DNA of 64,000 nucleotides from the NCBI GenBank assembly GCA_938014335.1, contig CALLRP010000044.1:4751-68750 (forward strand), read 5' to 3'. The first letter of the stretch is position 1, and each line of letters starts with the position of its first letter. The notes beneath the pieces are model-generated. The model worked only from the letters and a program-made list of their open reading frames with translations, was not told the DNA's origin and did not search any database. Of the stretch, positions 26,721 through 36,102 are shown piece by piece. The stretch is from an uncultured bacterium. GTDB lineage: Bacteria; Hydrogenedentota; Hydrogenedentia; Hydrogenedentales; Hydrogenedentaceae. The position numbers and the translations under genes were made by a program.

Positions 26721-28301
26721 CTATTGTTCTGGTTTCTTTTCTTGAGGAAATGCATTTGGGTCTAATTCTTTTAGGACGCTACGGTATCCTTCCATATCTT
26801 CCAATCGCAAAAGCAAGAGATTGGCTATGCCGAGTCCATAGGTTTTAGGAACCATTGTTCGGGTGTTCTTAGGTGTTTGTTCTACTCCTTCGAATCGTAG
26901 GGTATGTATCCCTTCGGAAAGTTCATGGATGTCTAAATAAACGGGTGCAATATCGTAACCGGGAGCAGAGAAATCAATGGGGGTGCCGAAGGGTTTTCCG
27001 TCCATATAGGGTTGAAAAACTCCACTGAAGAGAGAAAATATCATATATGAGTCAATACGATAAGTGCCTTTTTGCATAATTTCAAAGTCGAATTCGATAC
27101 TTGATTTTGGAGTAAGGGGAATATATAAAAGGAAAAATTCTGTTGGCACGATTAAAATGGAGGGGTCTGCTCGATAAACTAAAGTGTCGAATTTATGGAC
27201 TTTATATGGGGGGATTCGTTTCTCTGCGGGGGGTATGGGGTCGTCCCATGTGGATGGGATTGTTTGATACCAGAATGCTACTGAGCTGACCCAATCTTTC
27301 CGTTCTATGAAACCTGTGAGGTCCATTTTCGTTATGGGAGCCTTTTCGTTCATGATACTGCCTTTATGTTCAATGACCACCTTCAAACTTTTTTCGAAAT
27401 GAACGGGGTCGGGAATATGCCAGCGATATATGCTCACACGGTCTCCTGCGAAAACTCCTTCATACATGGGGACGCCATAGTAGGGTGCATGAAATTCACG
27501 AAAGCCCCATGCATCATTAAAATAATCCTCTGTACCTGTGCCTTTTAGTTGAGGCATTTCTGCTCCGTCAATATAGAAGAAGTCATCCCCTTCACCGAAC
27601 CAACCTGTTTCCATCTGTAAAACGGAATAAACAGTGCCTACATAATGCCCTTTCCCCTGCGTCTCCAGGATAGTGTAATTGCCCGGTTGGGCTGGGTATT
27701 CCTGGCGATAGCGGGCATGGAAATATGGGGTATCCGGTGTCCAATCATTAAGTTTTTTCCAATCCAGATAATAATAAAACGAACCCACGCGAATATTGGA
27801 CTCGTTGGTTACAGTTACTTTGATGTGTTTTTGAAAGGGCATAGGCCAGAAACATACTCGAGCGCGACCTCGTGAAGTGTTAACAACGGGTTGAGATATA
27901 AAATCTTTATGAGCTGACAAACCCAACCCAAAAAAATCTCCAATGGGTGCTTCAACACTGGGTTTCTCTAAGCCGTTATAATAGATTCGCAAGACAATAC
28001 TGCGCGGGTAAAAGGGGTTTTCTGTAGCAATGGTATTCCAGAAATGTGTAATTATACCCGGACCGTCTTCGTCCATCAGAACTAATGTTTGATTGGGTTC
28101 AATTGGACGAGCATCTCCGTTTTTTTCGATGTCCTCCGCAGAACTACTATTTCGCATGCTTTGTCCTGCTATGGGTTTTAGGAGATTCTCTAAAGAAAAA
28201 TTGGCAAAAGAACTGTTAACATTTACAATCATCATAGAGAGTATAAAACAGAGTGCTAAAAAAGAATTCATTTTAATGGTTTGCATATCTGTCCTTTCCA
28301 T
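26721..28301 (-). CDS. Secreted DUF2961/GH172-like protein
   Basis: Signal peptide, probably from the internal Met at 28271. WFGEGDDFFYIDG and GTGTEDYF motifs. Confidence 0.45.
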   Translation of the reverse strand: MERTDMQTIKMNSFLALCFILSMMIVNVNSSFANFSLENLLKPIAGQSMRNSSSAEDIEKNGDARPIEPNQTLVLMDEDGPGIITHFWNTIATENPFYPRSIVLRIYYNGLEKPSVEAPIGDFFGLGLSAHKDFISQPVVNTSRGRARVCFWPMPFQKHIKVTVTNESNIRVGSFYYYLDWKKLNDWTPDTPYFHARYRQEYPAQPGNYTILETQGKGHYVGTVYSVLQMETGWFGEGDDFFYIDGAEMPQLKGTGTEDYFNDAWGFREFHAPYYGVPMYEGVFAGDRVSIYRWHIPDPVHFEKSLKVVIEHKGSIMNEKAPITKMDLTGFIERKDWVSSVAFWYQTIPSTWDDPIPPAEKRIPPYKVHKFDTLVYRADPSILIVPTEFFLLYIPLTPKSSIEFDFEIMQKGTYRIDSYMIFSLFSGVFQPYMDGKPFGTPIDFSAPGYDIAPVYLDIHELSEGIHTLRFEGVEQTPKNTRTMVPKTYGLGIANLLLLRLEDMEGYRSVLKELDPNAFPQEKKPEQ

Positions 28302-28332
28302 TTAAGAGTTATTTATTAGTATTATTATCTTT

Positions 28333-30150
28333 TTATTTTAGCAAAAGTTCCCTGAGTTGAGATACTCTTTCTCCTAAATGAGTCATAGCGGTTTGGATGG
28401 GTTCTGGAGAAGATAGGTCAACATCTATGGATTTTAATTGTTCTAAAGGATATTTGGCCCCCCCCATACCAAGGAATTCGAGATATTTCTTCTGTATTTT
28501 TTTATCTCCCTCGATAAATCGTTGTGCGATGGCAATAGCAGAAGAAAGTCCTGTTGCATATTTGTAAACATAAAATGCATGATAGAAATGGGGTATTCGG
28601 AGACATTCTAATTCTAATTGGGGGTCTATTGTTAGAGCCCCTCCGAAATAAACATTCAGGAGTTGTCGATATTCATTCCGAAACACATCAATGGTCAAAG
28701 GTTGTCCTTGTTCCGCAAGAGTATGAATTTGTAATTCAAATTCCGCAAACATGGTTTGTCGGATTAATGTGGTTCGGATTTCATCAATTTCACGACATAT
28801 AAGTCGGATACGCTCCTCTTTTGAGGTTGACTTTTGTAAATAATAATGGACAAGCAGTTGTTCATTAACAGTGGATGCTACCTCTGCCACAAAAATGGTG
28901 TAATGGCTATAATGGAAAGGTTGTTTTTTGTCGCTAAAATAACTATGCATGGAATGTCCCGCTTCATGGGCTAATGTAAAAACAGAATCCTCTAACTTAT
29001 CTTTATAATTCATCAAAATATAAGGAGGGCAACGATAGCAACCCCAAGAAAAAGCACCACTTCGTTTTCCTTTATTTTCATAACGGTCTACCCAGCGATT
29101 TTTTAGAAGTCCTTCCTCTAATGTTTGAGTATATTCTTTACCTAAGGGTGCCAATGCTAATGTGATGTCCTGAACGGCTTCTTCATAAGTTCTTTTCTTT
29201 TGTTTTTTGTCTGCAAGGGGAACAAATAAATCATAAGCGCGAATATCTTTTATTCCTAACACTTTTTTCCGTAAATTGAGGTATTCAACTAAGGGGGTAA
29301 TGTTTTCTTTTACTGTTTTCAGCAAGTTGTGATATACCGCGGGAGGGACATTGTCCTCAAACAAAGCACTTTCAAGAACCGTGTTAAATTTCCTTGCCCG
29401 TGCGTGGAAAACATCCTCCAGTACCGATGAGGACAGAGCCATAGACAAAGTATTTGCATGCTCATCATACGCTTTGTAATATTGAAAAAATGCTTTCCGT
29501 CGTAGGTTCCGATTTTTATCTTCTAAAAGCACGCGGAAGTTTCCGTGAGATAATTCTATTTTATTTCCTTTGTCATCTGTAATCGTTCCGAACTTCAAAT
29601 CTGCGTCGTTTAGTTGTTCAAATATTTTCCCTGCACTTCCGGCGCTTTCTATGTGTAAAGCAAGTAAATACTCCTCTTGTTCAGAAAGGACATGTGGTTT
29701 AAAGCGACGCAATTTTTCCAGTGCAAACTTATATTTTGCTAATTCCTTGCTTACAAGAAATTTCTGAAACTTTTTATCGGGGATGGATTGAATTTCAGGG
29801 GTAATATAACTAACAGATTGAGCCAAAAGCATGCTTAAATATTGCACACGACCTGCAAGGGCTATATATTTTGTATTTGTAATATCTTCACATACCTTTA
29901 AGTTTGCATATACACTCAATCGTTCGAGTAGTTGTCCCGTTTTACTATCCAGGTCAAGACATGCCCGCAATATTTTCGGTGACAATGCGAGTTTTTTCCG
30001 GAATTGGGCGAATTTAGGTATTTCCTTTTCCAATTGTTGATATGCTTTTTCCCATGCGTCGTCATTAGGGAAGACAGGGGACAAATCCCATGTGAACTCT
30101 ATTGGGACTTCTGAACGCATTGGCAGTTTTTCTATTTTTGAAGAGGGCAT
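28333..30150 (-). CDS. pepF: Oligoendopeptidase F (M3B metallopeptidase)
   Basis: HEAGHSMH zinc motif (HExxH), a length of about 600 aa, and M3-family architecture. Confidence 0.85.
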   Translation of the reverse strand: MPSSKIEKLPMRSEVPIEFTWDLSPVFPNDDAWEKAYQQLEKEIPKFAQFRKKLALSPKILRACLDLDSKTGQLLERLSVYANLKVCEDITNTKYIALAGRVQYLSMLLAQSVSYITPEIQSIPDKKFQKFLVSKELAKYKFALEKLRRFKPHVLSEQEEYLLALHIESAGSAGKIFEQLNDADLKFGTITDDKGNKIELSHGNFRVLLEDKNRNLRRKAFFQYYKAYDEHANTLSMALSSSVLEDVFHARARKFNTVLESALFEDNVPPAVYHNLLKTVKENITPLVEYLNLRKKVLGIKDIRAYDLFVPLADKKQKKRTYEEAVQDITLALAPLGKEYTQTLEEGLLKNRWVDRYENKGKRSGAFSWGCYRCPPYILMNYKDKLEDSVFTLAHEAGHSMHSYFSDKKQPFHYSHYTIFVAEVASTVNEQLLVHYYLQKSTSKEERIRLICREIDEIRTTLIRQTMFAEFELQIHTLAEQGQPLTIDVFRNEYRQLLNVYFGGALTIDPQLELECLRIPHFYHAFYVYKYATGLSSAIAIAQRFIEGDKKIQKKYLEFLGMGGAKYPLEQLKSIDVDLSSPEPIQTAMTHLGERVSQLRELLLK

Positions 30151-30359
30151 AAAATTTCTCCTTAATATCGTGATTACATTTTAGTTAAGTGAGGAATACA
30201 ATGAGGTATATATGATAGGAAATAAAATAAATAAAAAACAAAAGAATCAAATTATATTTGAGGCTTCTAAATGAATTTTTTTTATTCAATATTACAATAT
30301 TTTATAAATCCATAAAATGGGGCGATTCTATTTTCTTCAATGGGTTTAGAGTTACGGTA

Positions 30360-32306
30360 TTACCAATTAAAATACAGTGTATCCCATCCTGTGAAATGAA
30401 AATCTAATATATTCCAGTAATGTGCGAGAAAAAGAAGTCCATAGCAGGAAAGAAGAGACATTAAGTCAATTATTTTTTTCACATCCAGTGTTTTTAGAGT
30501 AATAATAAATCGTATAGTAGCAAGGATTGTTAATGAAGCCAATATAAAAGGGATTATCAAAATAAAAAATAATCCTAAGGGTGTGCCATAACCTAATGTT
30601 TGGGGTTTTAGGAATATGAATAAATATCCACCGAAACATAGAATATATAAAAGGAAGGTGAATGTTAGTAGTTGTAAATAGTTTATCTTAAATTTATTTT
30701 TTCTTTTTCCTAATAAATGAGTAATGCAGAGAAGAAAAAAGCGATATATAACGGTCCATACATTAACTAAATAAACTGTAATACATGAGAAAAAAACAAT
30801 ATATTGAAAGAGTTTTGTTTCCCAGAAGTAAATAGGCTCATAAACATCATTTCCCATAACTAACTGATACGGTTTTTTCTGATAACTTTTTATAAAACTT
30901 ATTCGGGGTGAAGTTGCCATTTCTCCATACTTATTTTTTCTACTCCATAACATATCTCCCATTTCTTCGACTTTCCATTCTCGGGATTGAAAAGCGAGGT
31001 ATTTCAATGTGAGGGTCCGTTCTACTGCGTTTCCATAGACATAGTATTCGTGTGTTAATCCCGGAAGGAAAGTAGCTAACTTAAAATAATCATTTCTGCA
31101 ATAGCGGTTGTGACGATAGAAACCTGTAATTGGGGTGTAGAAAGACTCATCCACGAGTGAGGGATGTTTGCGGGCATTTTCAACATTTTTCACAGGCAAA
31201 GTGAAATTTTCAATAAGCATAGGAATCAATTCATTGATGAATGTATGAGTTCCTTTATTAATAGATATAAATAGTCCGAATTGTTCGTCGGGTATGATTA
31301 ATGTATGACTGCTAAAACCCCATGTTAATCCGGAATGTTGTAATACTTTTTTCCCATTGATAAATCGTTCTTCCCAACAACAGGCGTAGCCGGGGAGTAA
31401 AGGGTGAAGTTTATATCTGGGTGTAAACATAAGTGTGACAGTTTCGGGCCGTAGAATGGGGCGATTTTTATATAATCCATTATTTAGCATTGCGATTAAG
31501 TAATGAGAGAAATCTTCAGCGGTAGTGCACAGACTTGAAGCGGGTGAAGTTTGAGCAAAATCCATTGTAATTACTTCTGACCTGCCCAAATATTCAAGGT
31601 AGGGTTGGGGTAGTTTTAAGTTTTCAGGATAAGTACCGTCAAATCGGCTGTTTATCATTTCAAGTGGTGTAAACAAATTTTCTTTCATGTAATCATTAAA
31701 TTTTTTTCCTGAAACTTCCTCCATAATGTATCCTAATAAAGCGAACCCATGATTGGAGTAACTAATCGTTGTTCCCGGGGGAAAAACAATGGGGGGAAGC
31801 CTTTTTGATAAGTAAACACCCAGAGGTAAAATGTGGTCTTGTATTTTTGCTCCCATTCCTAAGAAACGGTCATCAAAGCCTGCGGTATGTGTTAGAAGAT
31901 GATGAATAGTAATAGGTTCACTAAAAGGGTACTCGATTTGGAAATCTCTCAAATACATGTTTGTATCCATATACAGAGAGAGTTTTCCCTGCTCATAGAG
32001 TTGCATAATCCCCGTAGCAGTGAAGAGTTTTGAAAGAGAAGCAACGAAAACAGGCGTTTGTAAGGGTGACATAGGCTTATCAATATCAAAACCTAATTTC
32101 CCATAGCCTTTCAATACGACAGTATCCCTATTTACCAAAGCAATCACGGTTCCTGAAACATGATGCTTATCTAATAATGAGTGGACATGTTGATCTAAAA
32201 ATTGGGTTACCTTTTCTTCCGTAGATTTTTCATTAGCAAAAATAGCCATGGTCAAAGCCAAGATAAGCATCACTAAAATATATTTAGTAAAAGGTGTTCG
32301 ATTCAT
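30360..32306 (-). CDS. Beta-lactamase-family serine hydrolase with a C-terminal multi-transmembrane region
   Basis: Signal peptide, SxxK motif (ASLSKLFTATG), and YSN-like region (ISYSNHGF). The C-terminal ~180 aa contains about 4 transmembrane helices. Confidence 0.75.
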   Translation of the reverse strand: MNRTPFTKYILVMLILALTMAIFANEKSTEEKVTQFLDQHVHSLLDKHHVSGTVIALVNRDTVVLKGYGKLGFDIDKPMSPLQTPVFVASLSKLFTATGIMQLYEQGKLSLYMDTNMYLRDFQIEYPFSEPITIHHLLTHTAGFDDRFLGMGAKIQDHILPLGVYLSKRLPPIVFPPGTTISYSNHGFALLGYIMEEVSGKKFNDYMKENLFTPLEMINSRFDGTYPENLKLPQPYLEYLGRSEVITMDFAQTSPASSLCTTAEDFSHYLIAMLNNGLYKNRPILRPETVTLMFTPRYKLHPLLPGYACCWEERFINGKKVLQHSGLTWGFSSHTLIIPDEQFGLFISINKGTHTFINELIPMLIENFTLPVKNVENARKHPSLVDESFYTPITGFYRHNRYCRNDYFKLATFLPGLTHEYYVYGNAVERTLTLKYLAFQSREWKVEEMGDMLWSRKNKYGEMATSPRISFIKSYQKKPYQLVMGNDVYEPIYFWETKLFQYIVFFSCITVYLVNVWTVIYRFFLLCITHLLGKRKNKFKINYLQLLTFTFLLYILCFGGYLFIFLKPQTLGYGTPLGLFFILIIPFILASLTILATIRFIITLKTLDVKKIIDLMSLLSCYGLLFLAHYWNILDFHFTGWDTLYFNW

Positions 32307-32387
32307 TTGTTTCCCTTTAAGAATATGACATTGTAGTGCTATATATTGTAAACTTTTAATCTCTATGAATGGTAGGAGAATCTTTGC

Positions 32388-33404
32388 ATGGAATATAAAA
32401 TGATATTTTTAATAGGACCGCCCCGTTCAGGGACGACAATGTTAGAACGGATGCTTTCTTCTCATTCCCTAATACAGGGGGGTCCCGAACCGCATATCTT
32501 GACGCCTTTGGCACATTTGGGAGTCTGGGCGAAGGTAGATAAAGCTCCCTATGACCATATCCTTTCTGCGGAAGCACAGAAACTTTTTGTCGAACAGTTG
32601 CCTAACAAAGAAAATGACTATTGGAAAGCGTGTCGTGCTTATTGTGATGTGCTTTATGGTCAATATTTGATTGCCAAAGGGAATAAAAAAATTTGTTTGG
32701 ATAAGACGCCTGCATATTCGTTGATTCTGCCTTTTATAGCCAGAGTGTATCCCGATGCGAAATATATCATATTAACTCGCCACCCGTTAGCAACCTTTTC
32801 TTCTTTTGCGAATTCTTTTTTCGATGGGGACTATAAAATTGCCAATGAACATAATCCGATTTTGAATCGATATATCCCTGCCATAGCAGACTTTCTTCGC
32901 AAAAGAGGAGTAGATTTGTATCACATTCGTTATGAGGATTTAGTTAAGAATCCAGAAGAACAGTTTGAGAAGATATGTGTTTTTCTCGAGATTCCCTTTG
33001 AACCGGAAGCAATAGATTATGGAAAATCGGAGGAAGAAAATCGGCAACAAGGATTGGGTGACCCTCTGGGAGTAAAACAACATACTCGCCCAACCACAGG
33101 GTCATTAAAAAAATGGGTGGAAGAATTAAGCACAGACTTGGAAAAATTAAAAATGATGCAGAATATTATTGGCCAGATTGCGGATGAAGACCTGGAAATT
33201 TTTGGATATCCGAAAGAGACCTTATGGAAACCACTCGAAGAAGCAAAAGATAAGAAAATTAAACTAAAAAGACAAAAATTGAACCGATATCTGTTAGAAC
33301 GCAAAACTATCATATTCCTCCGTTCACAGGCACGGAAACATGCTTTATTCCGTAAAGGTTTGGAGAAATTGCGTTTGGCTTGTGATGTCTTACTAAGGGA
33401 GTAA
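32388..33404 (+). CDS. Sulfotransferase-family protein
   Basis: 5'-PSB P-loop IFLIGPPRSGTTML and 3'-PB motif ILTRHP. Confidence 0.75.
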   Translation: MEYKMIFLIGPPRSGTTMLERMLSSHSLIQGGPEPHILTPLAHLGVWAKVDKAPYDHILSAEAQKLFVEQLPNKENDYWKACRAYCDVLYGQYLIAKGNKKICLDKTPAYSLILPFIARVYPDAKYIILTRHPLATFSSFANSFFDGDYKIANEHNPILNRYIPAIADFLRKRGVDLYHIRYEDLVKNPEEQFEKICVFLEIPFEPEAIDYGKSEEENRQQGLGDPLGVKQHTRPTTGSLKKWVEELSTDLEKLKMMQNIIGQIADEDLEIFGYPKETLWKPLEEAKDKKIKLKRQKLNRYLLERKTIIFLRSQARKHALFRKGLEKLRLACDVLLRE

Positions 33405-33434
33405 TTGATTCAGTGAAATGAAGTGGATGGAGAT

Positions 33435-34160
33435 TTATTCCCCTCTGGGAATTACCCTTTTTTTCCACCAAAAAAGACCTATGATATCGAATAGTGTCTT
33501 AAAGAGACGGCCGGAGATGTTGTATTTAGAGGTCCCATATTTGCGGGGATTGTGAGCAACAGGAATTTCAACGACACGGAAGCCTGCGGAATGAACTAAA
33601 AACGCATAATAGCGATGAGAGCCGTTGAAAGGGATAATATATTCGATGCATTCTCTACGCAGGGCTTTTAATGCACAGCCTGTATCCCGTACGGGGTTAT
33701 CCAATATCCATCGGATAATTCGGTTCGCTTGTTTGCTAATCCATGTGCGGAGCCATTGGTCTTTTCGCACTTGACGATACCCCTGAACAAAATCCGAATT
33801 CGCTAACTCTTTGAGCAGTCGGGGAATATCGTTCGGGTCGTTCTGTAAATCCCCATCTAAGATAACGATACATTCTCCGCGTGCTACTTTTAGCCCTGTC
33901 CATAAGGCATAGGATTGTCCCGAATTTTTCTTTAAGCGAATCGGAACCAACGAAGGATAGGAATTCTTTAAATTCTCAATGACTGATGGCGTGGAATCAT
34001 CACTTCCGTCATCTACAAGGATACATTCGTAATTTATATCTATCGTTTCCTTGAATACATGGTCTATCCTCTCTACCAAAAGGGGTATATTTTCCGCCTC
34101 GTTATAGCAGGGGATAACAACGGAAACAGATGATATAGAATTTGTATTAGATGTATTCAT
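33435..34160 (-). CDS. Family-2 glycosyltransferase (DPM1/GtrB-like)
   Basis: VSVVIPCYNE, VDDGSDDST and ILDGDLQND (DxD) motifs. Confidence 0.8.
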   Translation of the reverse strand: MNTSNTNSISSVSVVIPCYNEAENIPLLVERIDHVFKETIDINYECILVDDGSDDSTPSVIENLKNSYPSLVPIRLKKNSGQSYALWTGLKVARGECIVILDGDLQNDPNDIPRLLKELANSDFVQGYRQVRKDQWLRTWISKQANRIIRWILDNPVRDTGCALKALRRECIEYIIPFNGSHRYYAFLVHSAGFRVVEIPVAHNPRKYGTSKYNISGRLFKTLFDIIGLFWWKKRVIPRGE

Positions 34161-34186
34161 TAGAAAATATCGGTTTTAACTCTAAA

Positions 34187-35227
34187 TTAAATATTAATCA
34201 CTTCCAGACCTGGAATACTGGATTCCAATGGAACCGTTTCCAGAGAGCGAGCCCCCAATAACATAAGTTCATAGCGAACTTTTGCTAAAGGTGTTTCTTT
34301 ATCGTCGAGACATAATTGAACACTAAACTCGGCATAATTTGTTCCACGATTAATCGTGGGTTCATCCGCAAACAAATGTTTTTCCTTGAGGTATTGGGTT
34401 ATTGCATCGATTGCTTCGACCGGAGCATTAAAGAACAAAAGGACCCTTCTTTCCGCATGCATGGCACCGTATAAATTTAACAAGAACATGCGGGCTATTT
34501 CATATTTTTCTTTATAATCTTTTAAATCTTCACGAACATAAATTGCCGACTCAGAACGCAATACTTCTTCGCCGATTTCAAGTCCGTAATTTCGTATAGC
34601 AGAACCAGATTGAGTTATTTCCAGTCCGAAATCTACCGAGTCTTGATATACTTTGGCTTCTGTCTTGCCCCAGGTTTCATAGATAACAATTCCCTGTTCG
34701 ATTCGGGGGGGTGTCTTAAATTTTTGAATAGAAAAATCTTTAAATTTATCACCGAAACCCAGTGTTTTACTCTTTTTTTGGAACCAATCCAGAGCGATAT
34801 AAGGCATCTCTGCCACCATGGTAACAAGTAGTTTCTTTTCTAATAAATTAGCAAACCACTCTTCGTACGGAATGGACTGTGGTCTAAAAATAATTACTAA
34901 ACGCACGGCACCCCGTCCTAAAGATAATATTCTCTTTAATGGACATGACTGATTATATTCCGTTTTGAGTTCCAGTGTCCGTTCTAAAATCCAGTCATCA
35001 CCTGCAATAGCAAGGTCAATTTCTCCAATAGATAGTTGCGTTCCAAATTCCTGGGGTCTCCCATCCCATCCGACTAAGAAGGAATGTAAGGGAAAGGATG
35101 TAGGTCCTCCCTGGTCATAACCTTTAGTTGGGAAGCCTGCATTTTTTAGTAAGATAACTAAATTTCCACCACGATTTGGGTCTGCTAAAGAACCCGCTGG
35201 CATTCCAATAATAAGTTTATTATTCAT
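34187..35227 (-). CDS. hisG: ATP phosphoribosyltransferase, long form
   Basis: Colinear with E. coli HisG: LIIGMPAGSL, DGRPQEFGTQLSIGEIDLAIAGDDWILE, DFGLEITQSGSAIRNYGL, and a C-terminal regulatory domain. Confidence 0.6.
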   Translation of the reverse strand: MNNKLIIGMPAGSLADPNRGGNLVILLKNAGFPTKGYDQGGPTSFPLHSFLVGWDGRPQEFGTQLSIGEIDLAIAGDDWILERTLELKTEYNQSCPLKRILSLGRGAVRLVIIFRPQSIPYEEWFANLLEKKLLVTMVAEMPYIALDWFQKKSKTLGFGDKFKDFSIQKFKTPPRIEQGIVIYETWGKTEAKVYQDSVDFGLEITQSGSAIRNYGLEIGEEVLRSESAIYVREDLKDYKEKYEIARMFLLNLYGAMHAERRVLLFFNAPVEAIDAITQYLKEKHLFADEPTINRGTNYAEFSVQLCLDDKETPLAKVRYELMLLGARSLETVPLESSIPGLEVINI

Positions 35228-35271
35228 TTCCTTATTCCTAATAACTCGTATTGATATTTAACGATTTTCTG

Positions 35272-35826
35272 CTAAATTAAGTCTGTCATTTCAGGGGGTG
35301 GCACAGAAGGATTCCGCTCCTGTTTCAAATAACCGATGGCGAAGGGATATAATGCGATACTAAAAAGCACTCGGGCATATTCCCATGAAAAATGGAACCA
35401 TCGGGCGTATAAATGAAACCATGTTAGTATAACGAATCCTAATACTACAATGAAACTTATCAATGTTAATCGCTTTAATCCTGCATTCCATGGTTTCAGT
35501 CCTGGACGGGGTCTGCGTGATAGAAAAAAGCCCAAACCAAAAAGGATAAGTCCCACAAAAAACAAACCCAATTCCCCCCGATTGAACCAATAAATCCATT
35601 CTTCGCTTTGTAATCGGTCCAATCCGAAAAATTGGTTAAGCACAACCCATTTTGCGATTGTGCCTAAAAACATAATAATGGCTCCCTCTAACTGTAAGCG
35701 AGAAATACGCCCTGGAATCCATCGCCATTCTTTTACTGCCCCGATAATCAGTAGAATATAAACAATAAATACGAGCAACGAAAGTATAACATCTCCCCCA
35801 TAAAAAAATAGATAATAAATCATCAT
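35272..35826 (-). CDS. Small polytopic membrane protein with about 5 transmembrane segments
   Basis: Hydrophobicity pattern only. Confidence 0.45.
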   Translation of the reverse strand: MMIYYLFFYGGDVILSLLVFIVYILLIIGAVKEWRWIPGRISRLQLEGAIIMFLGTIAKWVVLNQFFGLDRLQSEEWIYWFNRGELGLFFVGLILFGLGFFLSRRPRPGLKPWNAGLKRLTLISFIVVLGFVILTWFHLYARWFHFSWEYARVLFSIALYPFAIGYLKQERNPSVPPPEMTDLI

Positions 35827-36102
35827 AATTAAAACTCCTGCAAAAAATTATTATGGTAGTATTATATTTTAATTAAATTTATGGTTTGAAATTAAAAAAA
35901 TTCCTGTTTAAAGTTTTAAAAATAAAAAAATTGTCTGCAAAGTTTGAAAAATATGGTATGATTTGAGTATGTAAAAGATTCGTTTTCAGTATAAAACAAC
36001 TTTAATATAAGGATGAGGGCTATGAGTTTTAAAAAAATATTTGTGTTATAGATAGGAATTATAATATTAGTTTCAGTCCAGGGCTGTAATCCACTTGTTA
36101 TA

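Noticed and set aside
34187-35227. A novel periplasmic-binding-fold protein within a glycosylation cluster
   Set aside because: On closer reading it is colinear with long-form HisG (ATP phosphoribosyltransferase), so it is annotated as hisG instead.
36049-36051. TAG stop-codon reassignment as the explanation for the interrupted lipoprotein leader
   Set aside because: TAG clearly terminates other genes in the window (ends at 20421 and 38664) and TAA and TAG account for all other stops. The code is standard, so a lesion or error is more likely.
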